This document shows, one piece after another, positions 24,521 through 36,866 of a DNA stretch of 45,221 nt (its first letter is position 1; every line of letters begins with the position of its first letter). Source of the DNA: Spirogloea muscicola (lineage: Eukaryota); the NCBI GenBank assembly GCA_009602725.1, contig WELB01000008.1, positions 582,432 through 627,652 on the forward strand. Reading direction: 5' to 3'. The notes under the pieces are model-generated. The model did no database searches and was not told where the DNA came from. It saw nothing but the letters and a program-made list of their open reading frames with translations. Position numbers and translations under genes: made by a program.

Positions 24521-24777
24521 NNNNNNNNNNNNNNNNNNNNNNNNNNNNNNNNNNNNNNNNNNNNNNNNNNNNNNNNNNNNNNNNNNNNNNNNNNNNNNNN
24601 NNNNNNNNNNNNNNNNNNNNNNNNNNNNNNNNNNNNNNNNNNNNNNNNNNNNNNNNNNNNNNNNNNNNNNNNNNNNNNNNNNNNNNNNNNNNNNNNNNNN
24701 NNNNNNNNNNNNNNNNNNNNNNNNNNNNNNNNNNNNNNNNNNNNNNNNNNNNNNNNNNNNNNNNNNNNNNNNNNNNN
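24521..24777. other. Assembly gap (N run)
   Basis: Run of Ns. Confidence 1.
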
Positions 24778-25335
24778 ACCGGCAGCTAGTCTGTCGGATG
24801 TGAGGCTCCTCACTCGTAACTACTAAGTGGTCCATCCTCCCCCGTTCTGCCATAGCCTCTTCAGGCCCCGCAGTCGCTGCTTAGCTCGTAGTTTGGCCCC
24901 TTCGAACCTTGTCAATTCTTTTCGGGCTGGCTTCTCACAGCCCTTGCCCCCTTTGGGAGAGCCACTTCTTCTTCAGGCCCCGCAGTCTGCAGTATGTTGT
25001 AGTGTAGTCCTTTCTTGCTTTGGCTTTGGACATTGTCCATTCTTTTTTGGGCTGGCTTGGCCAGCCCCTCTTTTCTATGAGCGCGCTTTTCGCAGGCGCT
25101 GCTTAGCTCGTAATTTGGCCCCATTGGGAGACCCACTTCTTCTCATTGAGTAATACGTAGCTGCTTTGTTTCTTGTTGTGCTTGTTTTCCATAGCGCTTC
25201 CCCTGGCCCCCTTCTCGTACTTTGTTCCTTCTTTTTGGGCTAGCTTTTCCAGCCCCTATCCTCAATGGGCGAGCCCTTCCAATTTATGCACTGGCTTTTG
25301 CCTGGAGAATTTACTGGTTTGAATTGGCCACCCTT
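24778..25335 (+). mobile_element. Stack of retroelement 3' ends: ORF end, three hairpin modules and a third-type 3' UTR terminus
   Basis: PAASLSDVRLLTRNY* (24826); hairpins at 24924-24943, 25049-25067 and 25237-25255; tgcactggcttttgcctg..tttgaattggcc matches the reverse complement of 7211-7255 and 34332-34376. Confidence 0.85.
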
Positions 25336-25459
25336 TCAATGCATATGCACCGCGCGCGCCTTCTGTGCCTTCCCTCAGGCACCGGGTGCGCATTTCCGCC
25401 GTCATGGCGCCCTCCCGTCGCCGCCGCCGCCGCCGGCGCCTCCGTCCTCGCCGCGCGGC

Positions 25460-28400
25460 ATGAAGCGCGGCAGCCCGGCCGCCAGGCCGAGCGCGACGGG
25501 GGCTGCTGCTGGCGGCGGTGGCGGCGGCGGCAGCGGCGGCGGCGCTGCCGAGCGTGCCCCCTTGGAACTCGAGGACTTCTTCCACGCCGCCGCCGCCGGC
25601 CGCGACGGCGAGGACGCCGAGGAGCTGCATATCGTCCACGGCTCTCGGTCAGGTGCTGGCAATGGCGATAGCGGCGGCGCTGGAGCCCTTGGAGAGGACC
25701 TTCGAGGAAAGGAGGACGAGGGCCGCCTGAGCGGCCCGACCGAGGAGGGGCTCCACGACCAACTGCGTGCCATCGACGCGCTGCTGGACCGCGCCGAGCC
25801 TGGTGGCGTCCTCGCGCGCTTGCCTGACCGTGGAGTCAAGCTGCGGCGCAGAAGGCACCACCTCCAGCTGGCGCTGGGGGCTTTCAAAGCGCAGGTATCA
25901 GGGCTGCTCTCCCAGGCAGCAGGAATGATCAGAGCGATCAATTAGTCGGAGAGGGAGCAGGCCTTGTCTGTATCACTCAGCAGAAAATCTGGCTGCGTAC
26001 GGAAGCACGTAACTGAAGTAGCGTGCAGATTCTGCTTTGTCCTTACAATGGGGCAGGAAGCCAGAAATGGATCTTCGCCAGCCCCTGTGCAGCCTGTTCC
26101 GAAGCTCAGCACTCCTGAACCCCGGTTCTCACCATGCTTGTGGACTCCCCGAAGGCATGAGTCGAAGGGTGCATTCATGCTCGCAGGTATTCTTAGTCCT
26201 GATGATATTGAGAGCTCAAAGTTGCAAGAACTTTTCCCAGATCATCCGCTCCGAACTTATCAAGCTGACCAGTTTTGTACAAGCATGCAACGCTGATGCA
26301 TGCATTTTAGGCTAAAGTATGCCACAGGCAGTGAGTGAATTTCGACAGGGTTGTTGTTTGCCATGTTCTTGGCAGATGACCCTTATGCCTTCTCTGTGGA
26401 TGATTCGGATGTGACTGCACATACTCAAGCCCGGGGTAACATACAGCAGTCGGGTTTGACAAAGAAGGTGTGTCCCCTGCCTCTTGCTTCAGATGTGCCA
26501 GCGCACCAGCAGATGATGAGCCAGTTCTAGCGCTGTGCAGACAATCAGCCCAATTAACGTGCACTTACTTTACAACCTGCCCTCTATCCTTGATATTCTC
26601 ATAGCTGTTACTCCTTTAGGTTCTGCTCTGTGTAACATCACAAGGTCATCAGCTGTAATCTTATTAGTGACGTTGGTATTGCTGGCAGTCCGTCTTCACA
26701 AGTAGGGAGCAGCAAGGCAAGCGAGCAGAGGATTGGGTTGGAGCAATTACTCAGAAGACAGCTTCCCCTGTTGCAAAATATAGCAGAAAGAGTTTGCCCC
26801 TGCAGAGAACATCTCATCATTCCAGTTCAAGCACAGGCAAGAGGAGGCGAAATTCCGACGAAGGTTCTTATGCAGCATCAGGAGACAGACGCACGCAAAA
26901 TATTGACCTTCCTCGTGTGGCGATAATGTCGACCATGGGGCGCTCTGCCTCCAGATATAATGTCCAGCAGTGTAGCGGCTGTTGCAAGAGATTGCAGAAG
27001 TTTCACGAGCTTGTGCACGATTCCAAGGAAGTCGATTATCTCTGTGAGAACTGCTGGTGAGGAAGCTTCCTAGCTCTATAAGCTGGCCAAATACAGAATG
27101 GCAGGACATCTCCAAGATCTCACCATGAATATACCACAACAATCCTGTAGTGGAATGGTGCTTGAGTTTCTCGACCTCTAAGGTGTGCATATATTTAATT
27201 TGCAGGAAGGAAATCACAGGCGGCAAAGAGAAGCTTTCTCGAGCACAGGTGACTGAACCATTTCCCCAACCTGCATTTCATCATCTTGAGTATGACGCCT
27301 CTCCTTCACCAACGTGCTTGTTTACTATGTACTCTTGGGTTAAAAGATCCTCTTCTTCTTTGACCATTGTATTGCACTATCTGCATCTCAGAGTATAAGC
27401 AAAGAGGCTGCTGGCAGCCAACGACTGCTGCGCTCGCTAGGGGCTTCGCACATGGGGAGCTTACTCCTGGTGAGCTCATAGGAACTGGTGAGCTTATAGG
27501 AACTCTTAGAAGTTTAGGCATGTGACTCTGCAGAAACCTTTCTCTCTCCAATCACCCTGGTATCATAATTGATGATTACTTATGTTGATGCAGCAAGGGC
27601 TAACGTCCTTCCGCAAGGAAAGGAGGACTCCTGAGAAGCCCAAGCATCCAGTAGAGGGTGATACCATTGTGAGTTCCCAAGAAGCTCATTGGCTGATGCA
27701 ATGTTGTGGTACGCATAAGTATCTTAGCCAAGGAGGCAGCAGTATGCCAATCTGAGTCCAGAAGTTGTAAGCTTACCAATTACATATGTTGACCTTCAGG
27801 ACACAGCAGTAGAAATAGCGTCATCAGATGACGAAGGCGATGCCCTTCATTTCTTCAGCCCATCAAAAGCCCAGAAAGGCAGCCCTGGTTGGTCAAGGAG
27901 GGACAGTCTTCGTTCAAGTCAGAGGCAAAGGTTGAACTTCTGTCTGAATCTCAATAAGCAATGTCCTTCACCTGCATCTTCACGTTTCTCTCTGCAGCGT
28001 TAGCCTTTCCTTGCTAAGCAATTGCTCTTCGTTTTGCGGCTCCTTCGATCATTCTGAGAGATTAAAATCATGCTACACAGATTGGAGGGGAGGCGAGTGG
28101 CTTTCCCAGCAGGGTGCGTTACTTGCACTCCTGCAGAAATTGCTGTCATTGCAGAGGGACTGGTTACCTGTCACTAATGCAAATTGAGTTCTGGACCTGA
28201 AGTCTGCAATTTCGCATGCGAGTCTGCCGTTCATGTGCAAAGTGTATATAGTGGGGATGGTTGTTTGTTGGCAAAGACAACCACGCTGAATGCTCCGCAC
28301 ACTGGAGTTGTGTATTACATTGTCAAGCAGAGATCCAGACGCCGTTGAGTTATCTGTTGAAGACTTGCAACGACTTGGCCCTTGTGAATTTCTCAACGAT

Positions 28401-30695
28401 ACAGTAATAGACTTCTACATCAAGTACGCATCAGCTCTCTTGGTTACGTCCAAGGCCTCAATGAATGGATTGTTGCCTGAGTTCCAAAAGTGAACTAGCG
28501 CTTGAGGTTGATGTACAGAGTTGCCTTTTGAGTTACATTGTACAATCTACAGATACCTGCAACAGCCAGAGAGAATGAAGTTAGAGCTTCGAAAGCGCCT
28601 TCACTTTTTCAACAGCTTCTTCTTCAAGAAGCTGACGAAAACGGTAGCAGTTGAGGTATGTTGAGCGCCTCCTTGATTAATCTGCCTTATTTCATGGCCA
28701 CAATAGAGCTTGGGATGGGGTTGTTGAATATGTTTGTCTGCCGTACAGCGACAGAGTCCTGGGAAGGCCAATATATCCAAGTGGACGAAGGGGGTGGATC
28801 TTTTCAGCAAGGACTACCTTTTTGTGCCCATCCACGCTGAGTACGACTTCTACGTCTCCTCATTGTATAACCTGATTATTGCGAACTATTTCGTAGTGCG
28901 CATACTTACCTAGTAATGCAAACTTGCATCTATGAGCTGTTTAGGATAACTGTTCGACTGCACAGGCTGCACTGGAGCTTGGCAATCATCTGCTTCCCTG
29001 GGGCAGATGGTACAGTGTCATCAAGCAGGCCTTGTCTTCTTCATCTTGATTCACTGAATGCAGGGCACAACGCCACATACATCTTCCGCACACTACGTTC
29101 GTGAGCCCACTGCAACTTCACTGCTGGCTGGCGGCAAGCATGCCTATAATATACACTAGCGTCACCCTTTGCTGTCTGAATGCAAAGACTGCACTTAAGA
29201 GCAACACGTTGCTTCGTTTTGGCAGTTACTTGCAGTCAGAGTGGGCAAGGCAACAAGATCCCAAATCCAGGTCGCCTTCCAAGTCCCCTTGCGAGCAGCT
29301 GCCTAGTAGGACCTTCAACCCAAAGACCCTACCAGGGAGGAGAGTAACAGTAAGTTCTTGATGTGATGTGTGCTTCTCATCTTTTGCTGACCCAAGATTG
29401 TGTACACTTTACTCATAGGCCATTTACGATATTGAAAGTCTTGTGCTTCTGCCCGGCTAGCAGCTTCCTTCCGACAAAGTCGACTTTGTGAAGCAATAAA
29501 GCATCTACTTGCTCCATCATTGCATCCCTCTAAGAAACCACATTGGGTATTTGCACTTATACAGGTACCACAGCAGCCCAATGCATATGACTGTGGCTGC
29601 TTTCTTCTGCATTATGTGGAGCTGTTTTTGCAGTCTGCACCTCAGCAATTTCGTCCAGAAGACATTGACAAAATGAATCTGGTAGGCATGACTTGCTAGC
29701 CTCCTGCACTTGAAAGATGTTGTTGCTTTGTGTCCGGAAAAGGAGCAGTAGCACAATTTACTCATGACCTGCTAGATCACCACAGTAATTCCAGTACTCT
29801 GTGCAGCTTGGGTTCCATGGCTTACTTGCTCCCTTCAATTTTGCAGTTTGGGCAGAAATGGTTCAGACCGGAAGAGGCCACCAATCTGCGCTATACAGTC
29901 AGGCAACTTGTGAAGGACATGCTTCAAGGGGTTACTGAAGCATCACGCAAGGATGCACATGGGCCTCCGGAGGAGACTCTCGCAGAATCAGTTCTTGCAG
30001 ACAAGGCCGAAAGTAAGGAGGGCCCTCGAAGTCCAGTGAAAGAGGAAGCTGAGGGAGATGCTGGCCCTAGTGACAGACAACATACAGGAATTCTTACCCA
30101 GCCCAAAGTGGAGCATCACATTACAACCGCACTGCAGAAGAGTCCTGCACCGGGGCAAAACGCTCAGGCGGAAGGGGCCAGCCACTCCGCAGCGCAAGTT
30201 GCAGGAGGGGATGATAGTCCTGAGCGAGAGGCAGATAGCAACGGGTCAGAGGAAGAATCAGATCATGGCACGCCATCCAAGCTGCCTTGGGAGCAGTCAC
30301 CTACGCTTAATGTTGCAGAGCTGGGGGGGAAGGGTGTCAGGGTGTACAAGAAGCGGAAGAGGCGGCAGAAGGTTGACTGGAAGTGCCGGCCAATGGGGAG
30401 GCGAAAGCAGGGGCAAGAGTGGGAGAATTTGAAGTCAGCCGCCTCACTGCTCAGGGACGAACTGGATGCATCCGCAAGGAAGCGCGCACAGGCCGGGGAG
30501 GCAGCACAGAGAAGTGCGGGCACGAAGCTCCGGTGTTTGGTACCAATTGCGCTAGATTTTGCAAGCGAGGACAGTCCAAGTGCAAGCAAAGCTGCCGGTG
30601 CCACTGAACAAGCAAACAATATTGCACGCAAGAACAGTCCAAGTGCAAGCAAAGCTGCCGGTGCGTTGAACAGGCATACAAGTGATGACTTATGA
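25460..30695 (+). CDS. SUMO protease, ULP1C/D (OTS)-like, Peptidase C48 family, multi-exon
   Basis: N-terminal LARLPDRGVKL (OTS LPDKG motif); DPDAVELSVEDLQRLGPCEFLNDTVIDFYIK, FHFFNSFFFKKL, KWTKGVDLFSKDYLFVPIH, HWSLAIIC, LHLDSL, VPQQPNAYDCGCFLL (catalytic His/Asp/Cys), FGQKWFRPEEA. Confidence 0.92.
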
Positions 30696-31228
30696 CACCC
30701 TTCTTTGGAGCGCCAGAGTCCTTCTCAGCTGCACTGCAAACACATGGGTAACTGGTGGCATCATTGTCCACTGACGGTCAGTGTGCTGGCATTAGTATCA
30801 TTTGACATTCTTTCATTTGTACGCTGGCCATGAGCTTATTCTGTATTATGGCTTTTCAAATAAGTGCGCGGGGACAGCATCAAAGCGCGCAACACTGATA
30901 TCAACATATTAAAACATCGATGCTTAACGAAGGTGGATTGAATAATCACGTTTCCACAAGTTAGGGTAGGCATTGGTGACCTAGGATTTACGCAACACTG
31001 TTGAGGTCCTCAACGCAGTTTAGGCAATCCTATCGTACACAAAACTTCCACCTATGGACAGAATGCAACCTTAGGCTTGCGATTGTACATCCAGCACTGG
31101 CGTTGGCTTGCATTCATCTTTGTCCTTAGACACAGTCGCCTTAGGCATTTGTGGCACAACAAAGCCAGCACATTTGTGGCTCAACAAGGGCTCGTCGCTT
31201 GACTGCCACTGTGGAGCTGTGCAGAAGA

Positions 31229-34091
31229 CTAATTCTGCAATGCGTGTGCAATGGGGCCGACATCAAGGAACGCCTCCAGATTGGATGCCAGGCGTGGGGG
31301 CCAGCGCCTTGTTCTTCTCACCCACTCCCTATTCCGGTACCGTTGGTCCTGCCAGACTTGCAAGCGACATGAGGTGATCTTGGAATGCAACCGGATGGGG
31401 TCCACGTAGAGGGGTCTCCTTGAGCAATAAATTGCGTAAAATGCCAGCATCCCAAAAGAGTGTAGAGTGGATGAAAGCGAGGTTATTGCAGCCCGCAAAG
31501 ACTTGACAGCTAAGTGTGCTGGAGGCAAGGGCTCTCACTTCCAGACGGACCCAGTTCGTCTCTGCCTCAGCCGTAAGGCCCACTGCGTAAAGCGATACAG
31601 CCAAAGCCGCGCGCATATCTGGAAACTGCGACCTTGCAACATCAACTTGCCCGGTCAGTCGCTCTGCCAGCCTTGGCAAGCAGGCATAGAAAAGCTCAGG
31701 CCTGCAGCTGAACGGAGCTGAACAAAGGGATGTCACAAGGGAGCTATGGTCAAATCTGCCAAGCTCATCTGAGTGCTGTCTACATTGATGGCGACAAGGC
31801 AAGTCCAAGAGCCCGAGCTGTGATACAATTGTAAAATCTGGCCGGCATGGAGTGGGACACAAGGGAGTCCCTCAATTCGTCACGCATTGCGAAGTCCTCA
31901 CAACCAAGTCCTCACAACCCACCTCGGGGTACTTCCTCAGGAGCGAGCGGAACTGCTTGATAGCCTCATTATCGCGGCCCACTTGGTAAAGAGCCTGCAC
32001 GTCAGTACATTTTGTAGCGGATGAGAATCTCGAATGGCTATTTGAGGGGCGGGCTAGCAGCTGGTAGAAAGCGATATATTATAAGACCTTATAACATAAA
32101 TTAGACATATTGATGATCACTTAACGAGGAGAGCAGGGCGTAGAAACATTTGCTGTTTCATATTTGGTGTAATAAACAAAGGTACATTGTAAAACCTTCT
32201 GCATTCTTTGACATAACCATCAGCAGACTGGAATGGAGCATACTGCAAGGCACTTGCTCCGAGGGCAGCCTTAACTTCCGCATGTAGGGCAAGGGTTGGA
32301 CAGCTACCAAGGCATAGTTGGCGGCGGCAAAGGAGAACTCAGGCGCCAGCTGGACTGCCCGACCGTAGTTGCGTAGCGCCTCATCCCACCGCCCCTCTGC
32401 CGCCTGCCGCAAAATGTGGTTGCGCAGCGCAGGCCGCCATGTCACTCTATGCTTAGGAAGGTCAGGCACATCGGAACTAGCTTGGTGGACTGCTTGGAGG
32501 AAGCCATGTCTTGAGCTTGGGGAGCCACGAACCAGAGGTCAGGGTTCAGCACTGGTCACCCTAACATTGCCAAGGTTGTTCCAGGCGGCGGGATCTGCGG
32601 GCTCCGCACGAAGCACGGCCTCATAGTCGGCAGCTGCCTCCTCATACCGCCCCAGACTCTCCAGCGCCACACCACGATTCAGCACCGGGTCCACCGAGTA
32701 CCTGCAGCAAGCCCGGCTAAATTGGTGCAATCAACACTACATTGACAACACTCATCTAACACCATGCCTACCCGTGGAGCACCGTCAATCATAGTCAAGG
32801 TGCTGCCGATAAGCTCCCACTTTGTGAAAGACGGACATTTCACTTATGCTTTTGGGCTTCACACTTGTCAAGATCTGGAGGTGTAAAGGGCAGCGAGGCT
32901 ACTTTAGGTGTAGGCTTGGGATTAACACTTTGTATGAACACTTTGTATGAAACCCCCTCCCAGATCAGCAGCAGACCCGATTAGGGTTTTCACTTGGGAC
33001 CTAGGTTTGAGGGACTCTTAGACACTTATGCTGATGAAAGGGTGTGCGGCACCCCCTTACGGCGCGAGCTCGATGGACCGGTCGTAGTCGGCGAGCGCCT
33101 GCTCCTGGCGGCCCTGGCGGCTGCGGGCGTTGCCGCGGTTCCCCCAGGCGCGGCCAACAATGTCGGGCACCCACTCGGCGTCCACGCCTCCATACTGCTC
33201 AATGACCTCCGTCCACAACCGCTCCTCCTCCTCCACCTGCCCCCCAGAAGTTGCAGCGTCAGCACAATCTGTGGTAACTCACTTGTTTACAAGGAATCAC
33301 GTCTTGCGCCTCTTCCTACCAGCGACTGCACTAGAAACTACGTGCGCCTGCAGCGAACCAGCATGCTGCTGACAGGTCCTCCCAAACTTCAATCACTGGA
33401 CGCTTGGTTGTCAAAGTATGCTAGACAATAGACATGATATACCCCCCGCTCACGTTTGCCCTAAGCCCGAATCACCACTATGTAGACACAGGAACGGGGC
33501 TAAGGTGGTCTAGTCGTAGGCTGCATGCAGCGGCCCTGGTGATGCAGTTCTCCAAGCTCTTAATTTGACAGCTTGGAGATATGGGCTTCGCACAGGAGCT
33601 TCCGCACATCATGGGCAGCCCGCGGCGGAGCTTCACTGCCGGAGGCTGCTCAGCTGCAATGCAAGCCGCCGCCACGGAGCAACGTCAAATAGATGGTTGC
33701 TCACCGTGGGGGCCTCGAGGGCGCGCTGGAAGAGGCCGGCAGCGGCGCGCAGGCGCTCGTCGGCGGCGTCGAAGGCGCGCCTGGGCGCCTTGGCGGGGTC
33801 GATGTCCGCCGCCACCAGCGCCTGCCCTGGAGCCGCCGCCGCCGCCGCCGCCATCGCAGGGACTCACGGTCTCAGCGCCGACGACGGGGCGCCCGAGCTC
33901 CGAGGACGCGACGCCCATAACTTGCGCTGCTATGGGTTCCAGTATTTAGGGTTTTAGGCGGAACGGCGGCGGCGGCGGCGGCGGCGGCGCTTACCCGGGC
34001 CCTGCGCGAGGGGCAGCGCAANGTGACGCCGGAGCTCCGCGCCGCAGCCGGCGGCGGCGGCGCCGGCGGCGGCATAGGCGGCGGAGGCCAT
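31229..34091 (-). CDS. Tetratricopeptide-repeat protein, probably plastid-targeted (cyanobacterial-type TPR family)
   Basis: AWGNRGNARSRQG..ALADYDRSIELAP, DPVLNRGVALESLGRYEEA, AAWNNLGN, APEFSFAAANYAL, LLRKYPEFPDMRAAL, DQRYRNREWVRRTRRWPPRL; Ala-rich N-terminus; ATG at 34091 is inferred. Confidence 0.85.
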
Positions 34092-34329
34092 GTGGTGGGG
34101 CCCGGAGCTCCGCGCGCACTGCACGGCGGGAGTGTTGAAAAGAATGCTGCTGTTTGGGAGGAGAATTTCAGCATGTCGGATTCTTGCATGGCCGCTTTTG
34201 GCCCGGGGGCTGCGCTTGCCCAGCTGGGACCTCCGCTGGCCTCTATGTAGCAACCGGCCAAGGATCCAGGACTGTGATTGCACGCACCTCCGCGGCCGAC
34301 GCGTCACGCCACCCTAGCCGCGATGGAAG

Positions 34330-34485
34330 GGGAGCCAATTCAAAGCCAATTTACTGTGCAGGCAAAAGCTAGTGCAGAAAGTGGGGCCACATAATCCCAA
34401 GCTTTGCTAAGGGGGCTAAGGTGATAGTGTCAATGCAGGCTGAGAAAAGGGACGTCGGTACCCACGAGTGAGCACATACAAATCC
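34330..34485 (-). mobile_element. Very short retroelement 3' end (ORF terminus and 3' UTR)
   Basis: DLYVLTRGY then a UTR homologous to 7210-7330. Confidence 0.8.
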
Positions 34486-35704
34486 AGAAACAGCTCTTCC
34501 AGATTGTCAGCAGTGGCTGTAAGAGGCAAGCCAAAGGATTGGACAAGGTCCGATGAAGTGTGGCGGGAAGAGATACGAAGATGCGCATGAAGATGCAAGT
34601 AAAGCACAGCTGCTAAGCAGGAAGGCCACAGACAATATGACTGTGAAACATCAAACGCTTCCCTAGTAACAGTGCGTTGGATTTGCAAGTGCAGCTTGAC
34701 GGCTGGAGCTTCAAGGAGGCGGCCGACTGAGCAGTGAAATCTCCAGAGCTGAAGCATTGTGGGAGATTAGCAGGCAATTTGTCTTATGCATGCTGCAAAG
34801 CAACCAGAGCGACCCGAAGTTTTGAGGGGGCCGGCATGACCGCGTGGACCTTGCAGGCTCGTGCAGGGCTGCATGGATGTGGCAGCCTCCCTCTCATACT
34901 TGGTCATTATGAGCGCCGAGGCTCACAAGTTGGAAGAATACTTCACATAAGAGAGAGGGTAAGCAGCCCTCGACAGCCCACATGCAAGGGAGAAATGCAG
35001 GGGAGAAATGGCTTGTGACCTGCATTTTGGCAGCTTGTTTCTGTTGTAGGCGGCCACAAATACCAAGGGCATTTGCAGAGAGCTCCTGCTGCTCATGCAT
35101 TGAATTGCAGCATGGCCGTTGTTGAGACCTCTTGCTTCTATCACCTGCAGCTTTGCTCGTTCAGTGGCTTCATAGGCCCTTATTCATTCTCAGACCTCTC
35201 CTTGCAAGACAGTCAAGTGGTCCAATAGCGCATTGGACAACTCATAAATTGGGCAGGCTGCAGTGAACAGTCTGCTTCACAATCATATATACTGCCAAAA
35301 AGCTGCGTGGCATGACACAACTGGTTCAAGTGTGGCGTCTCCAGCCCCAAAAGATCTAACGTGCTTCCAGCTTCACCTGCGTGAGCATGCCAGCATTGCC
35401 ATTGGTGAATCTGCCATTGGTGAATCTTCGTGCATGCTTGTGACAACAACAAGCATCAAGCAAGGGTGGAGCTTCTGAAACCTCAACAGCGTCTGACCAC
35501 AAGTATGTGGAGCTTGTTAGCAGATTCATGCTGCAAGACATTCATGCTTGCATGCGTTAAGGCTATGCGTAAAGGCTTTAAGGGCGAGAGAGGGTTCAGG
35601 GTTTACATAGGTATGCTGGGATGGCCAAGGGGCACGAAGGAGGCGCAGATGCACTCAAGCGGCAGGGCTGCCGAGTCGGAGCTGTCTTTGCAGCAACAGG
35701 GCAA

Positions 35705-36433
35705 TCAGCGCTCCACCCTGGGCTGCTCAGCAGAAGTGCCATACTGCCGCCGCCAGAATTCTGCAGCCGCCTCCGGTGTACGAAGCTCCCACATGTGCTC
35801 CACGAGCGATGCTGCTGGCTCCTCTTTTAGCTGCGGCAGCGCCCACAGCGACAGGAGGCCGGCCAAGTGTAGGTTTCAGACTCACAGATCAGTCAGGGCT
35901 TCAGCCCCCCCCCGGGCAACACAGCCGTGCAGCGGCAGCCCCTCCGAGCGCCAAAGCATCGAGCAGCAACCTGGTGGCTGATGACAAAAGGGTCAGCTTA
36001 GGCTTAACCTGGGCCTCGCTGCTGGCGCCGCCGCGAGCCCGGTTGGCCATGCAACGCCAGAGGGCGGACCACCGGGCGGTGCACCCGTCGAACTCGCCGT
36101 CCCGGTAGTACTGCGTCATCTGGTGCACCGGCGCTGCGCTGGGCCGCCCCGCCCACAGCACGGAGGCGAGTGAACGTCAGAGCAGCACCTTATTGGCGGC
36201 GATCGGTCCGCCTCTGCCTTCTCAGAGCGCTGAAGACAGATGGGCGAGCTGCACGTTGATGTGGGCAGTCTGTGCTCACAGTAGCAGAACCAGAGGGCGT
36301 CAAAGGCCGGCACGCACGAGGCGCTCCGGCGCAGCGGGTGCGGCGCCGCTTCCTCGGCACCTGCTGCGGCTACTGGCTCGGGCCCGCCCGCCTGCTCTCG
36401 GCCGCGGCTGCCGCTGCGGCTTTCGGCCATCAT
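35705..36433 (-). CDS. Small Emi1/DUF3128-like Cys-containing protein, 3 exons
   Basis: SCVPAFDALWFCY|.PVHQMTQYYRDGEFDGCTARWSALWRCM|..HMWELRTPEAAAEFWRRQY. Confidence 0.8.
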
Positions 36434-36559
36434 GGCGATCTCAGAGGGCACCACGGACTGTGAGCGAAGCTTGTCTTTCCCATCACTTCTTGGCTATTGC
36501 CTTACATGGAAATATCATTTCTCCATCTCTTCAGTCCACCTCGTGCTATACGCCGTATA

Positions 36560-36690
36560 TTAGCAACCTCTGCGTGCTGACTCGTGGTTACTGAGTGGGT
36601 CAGCTTAGCAGCAGGTGATGCACATCAGCAGCAGGTGATGCACATCTGTCAATGTGCTTGCCTGTTGTCTCCATATTTTAATACATCTCT
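36560..36690 (+). mobile_element. Very short retroelement 3' end, second subfamily
   Basis: SNLCVLTRGY* then gggtcagcttagcagcaggtga..tgtcaatgtgcttgcct..ttaataca, as at 9788-9912. Confidence 0.85.
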
Positions 36691-36866
36691 ACAGAATTGT
36701 TGTCTCTCAATACACAGTCCATTTCCCCGACTCCGTCTGAACTCCCTCTCCTCCGCTCTGCACAGAGCTCGTCCTGCCCTTCCAATCCTCCTCTCTGTGC
36801 CCTCCTGTCTAGGCATTCTGCGCGCCTTCTGTGTCTGAGCACAATCAGGCGGCCCCATCAGCAGAT

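Noticed and set aside
24900..25280. CRISPR-like array interpretation of the repeated hairpins
   Set aside because: Repeats are diverged and irregularly spaced, intervening sequences match other element 3' UTRs, and no cas genes are present.
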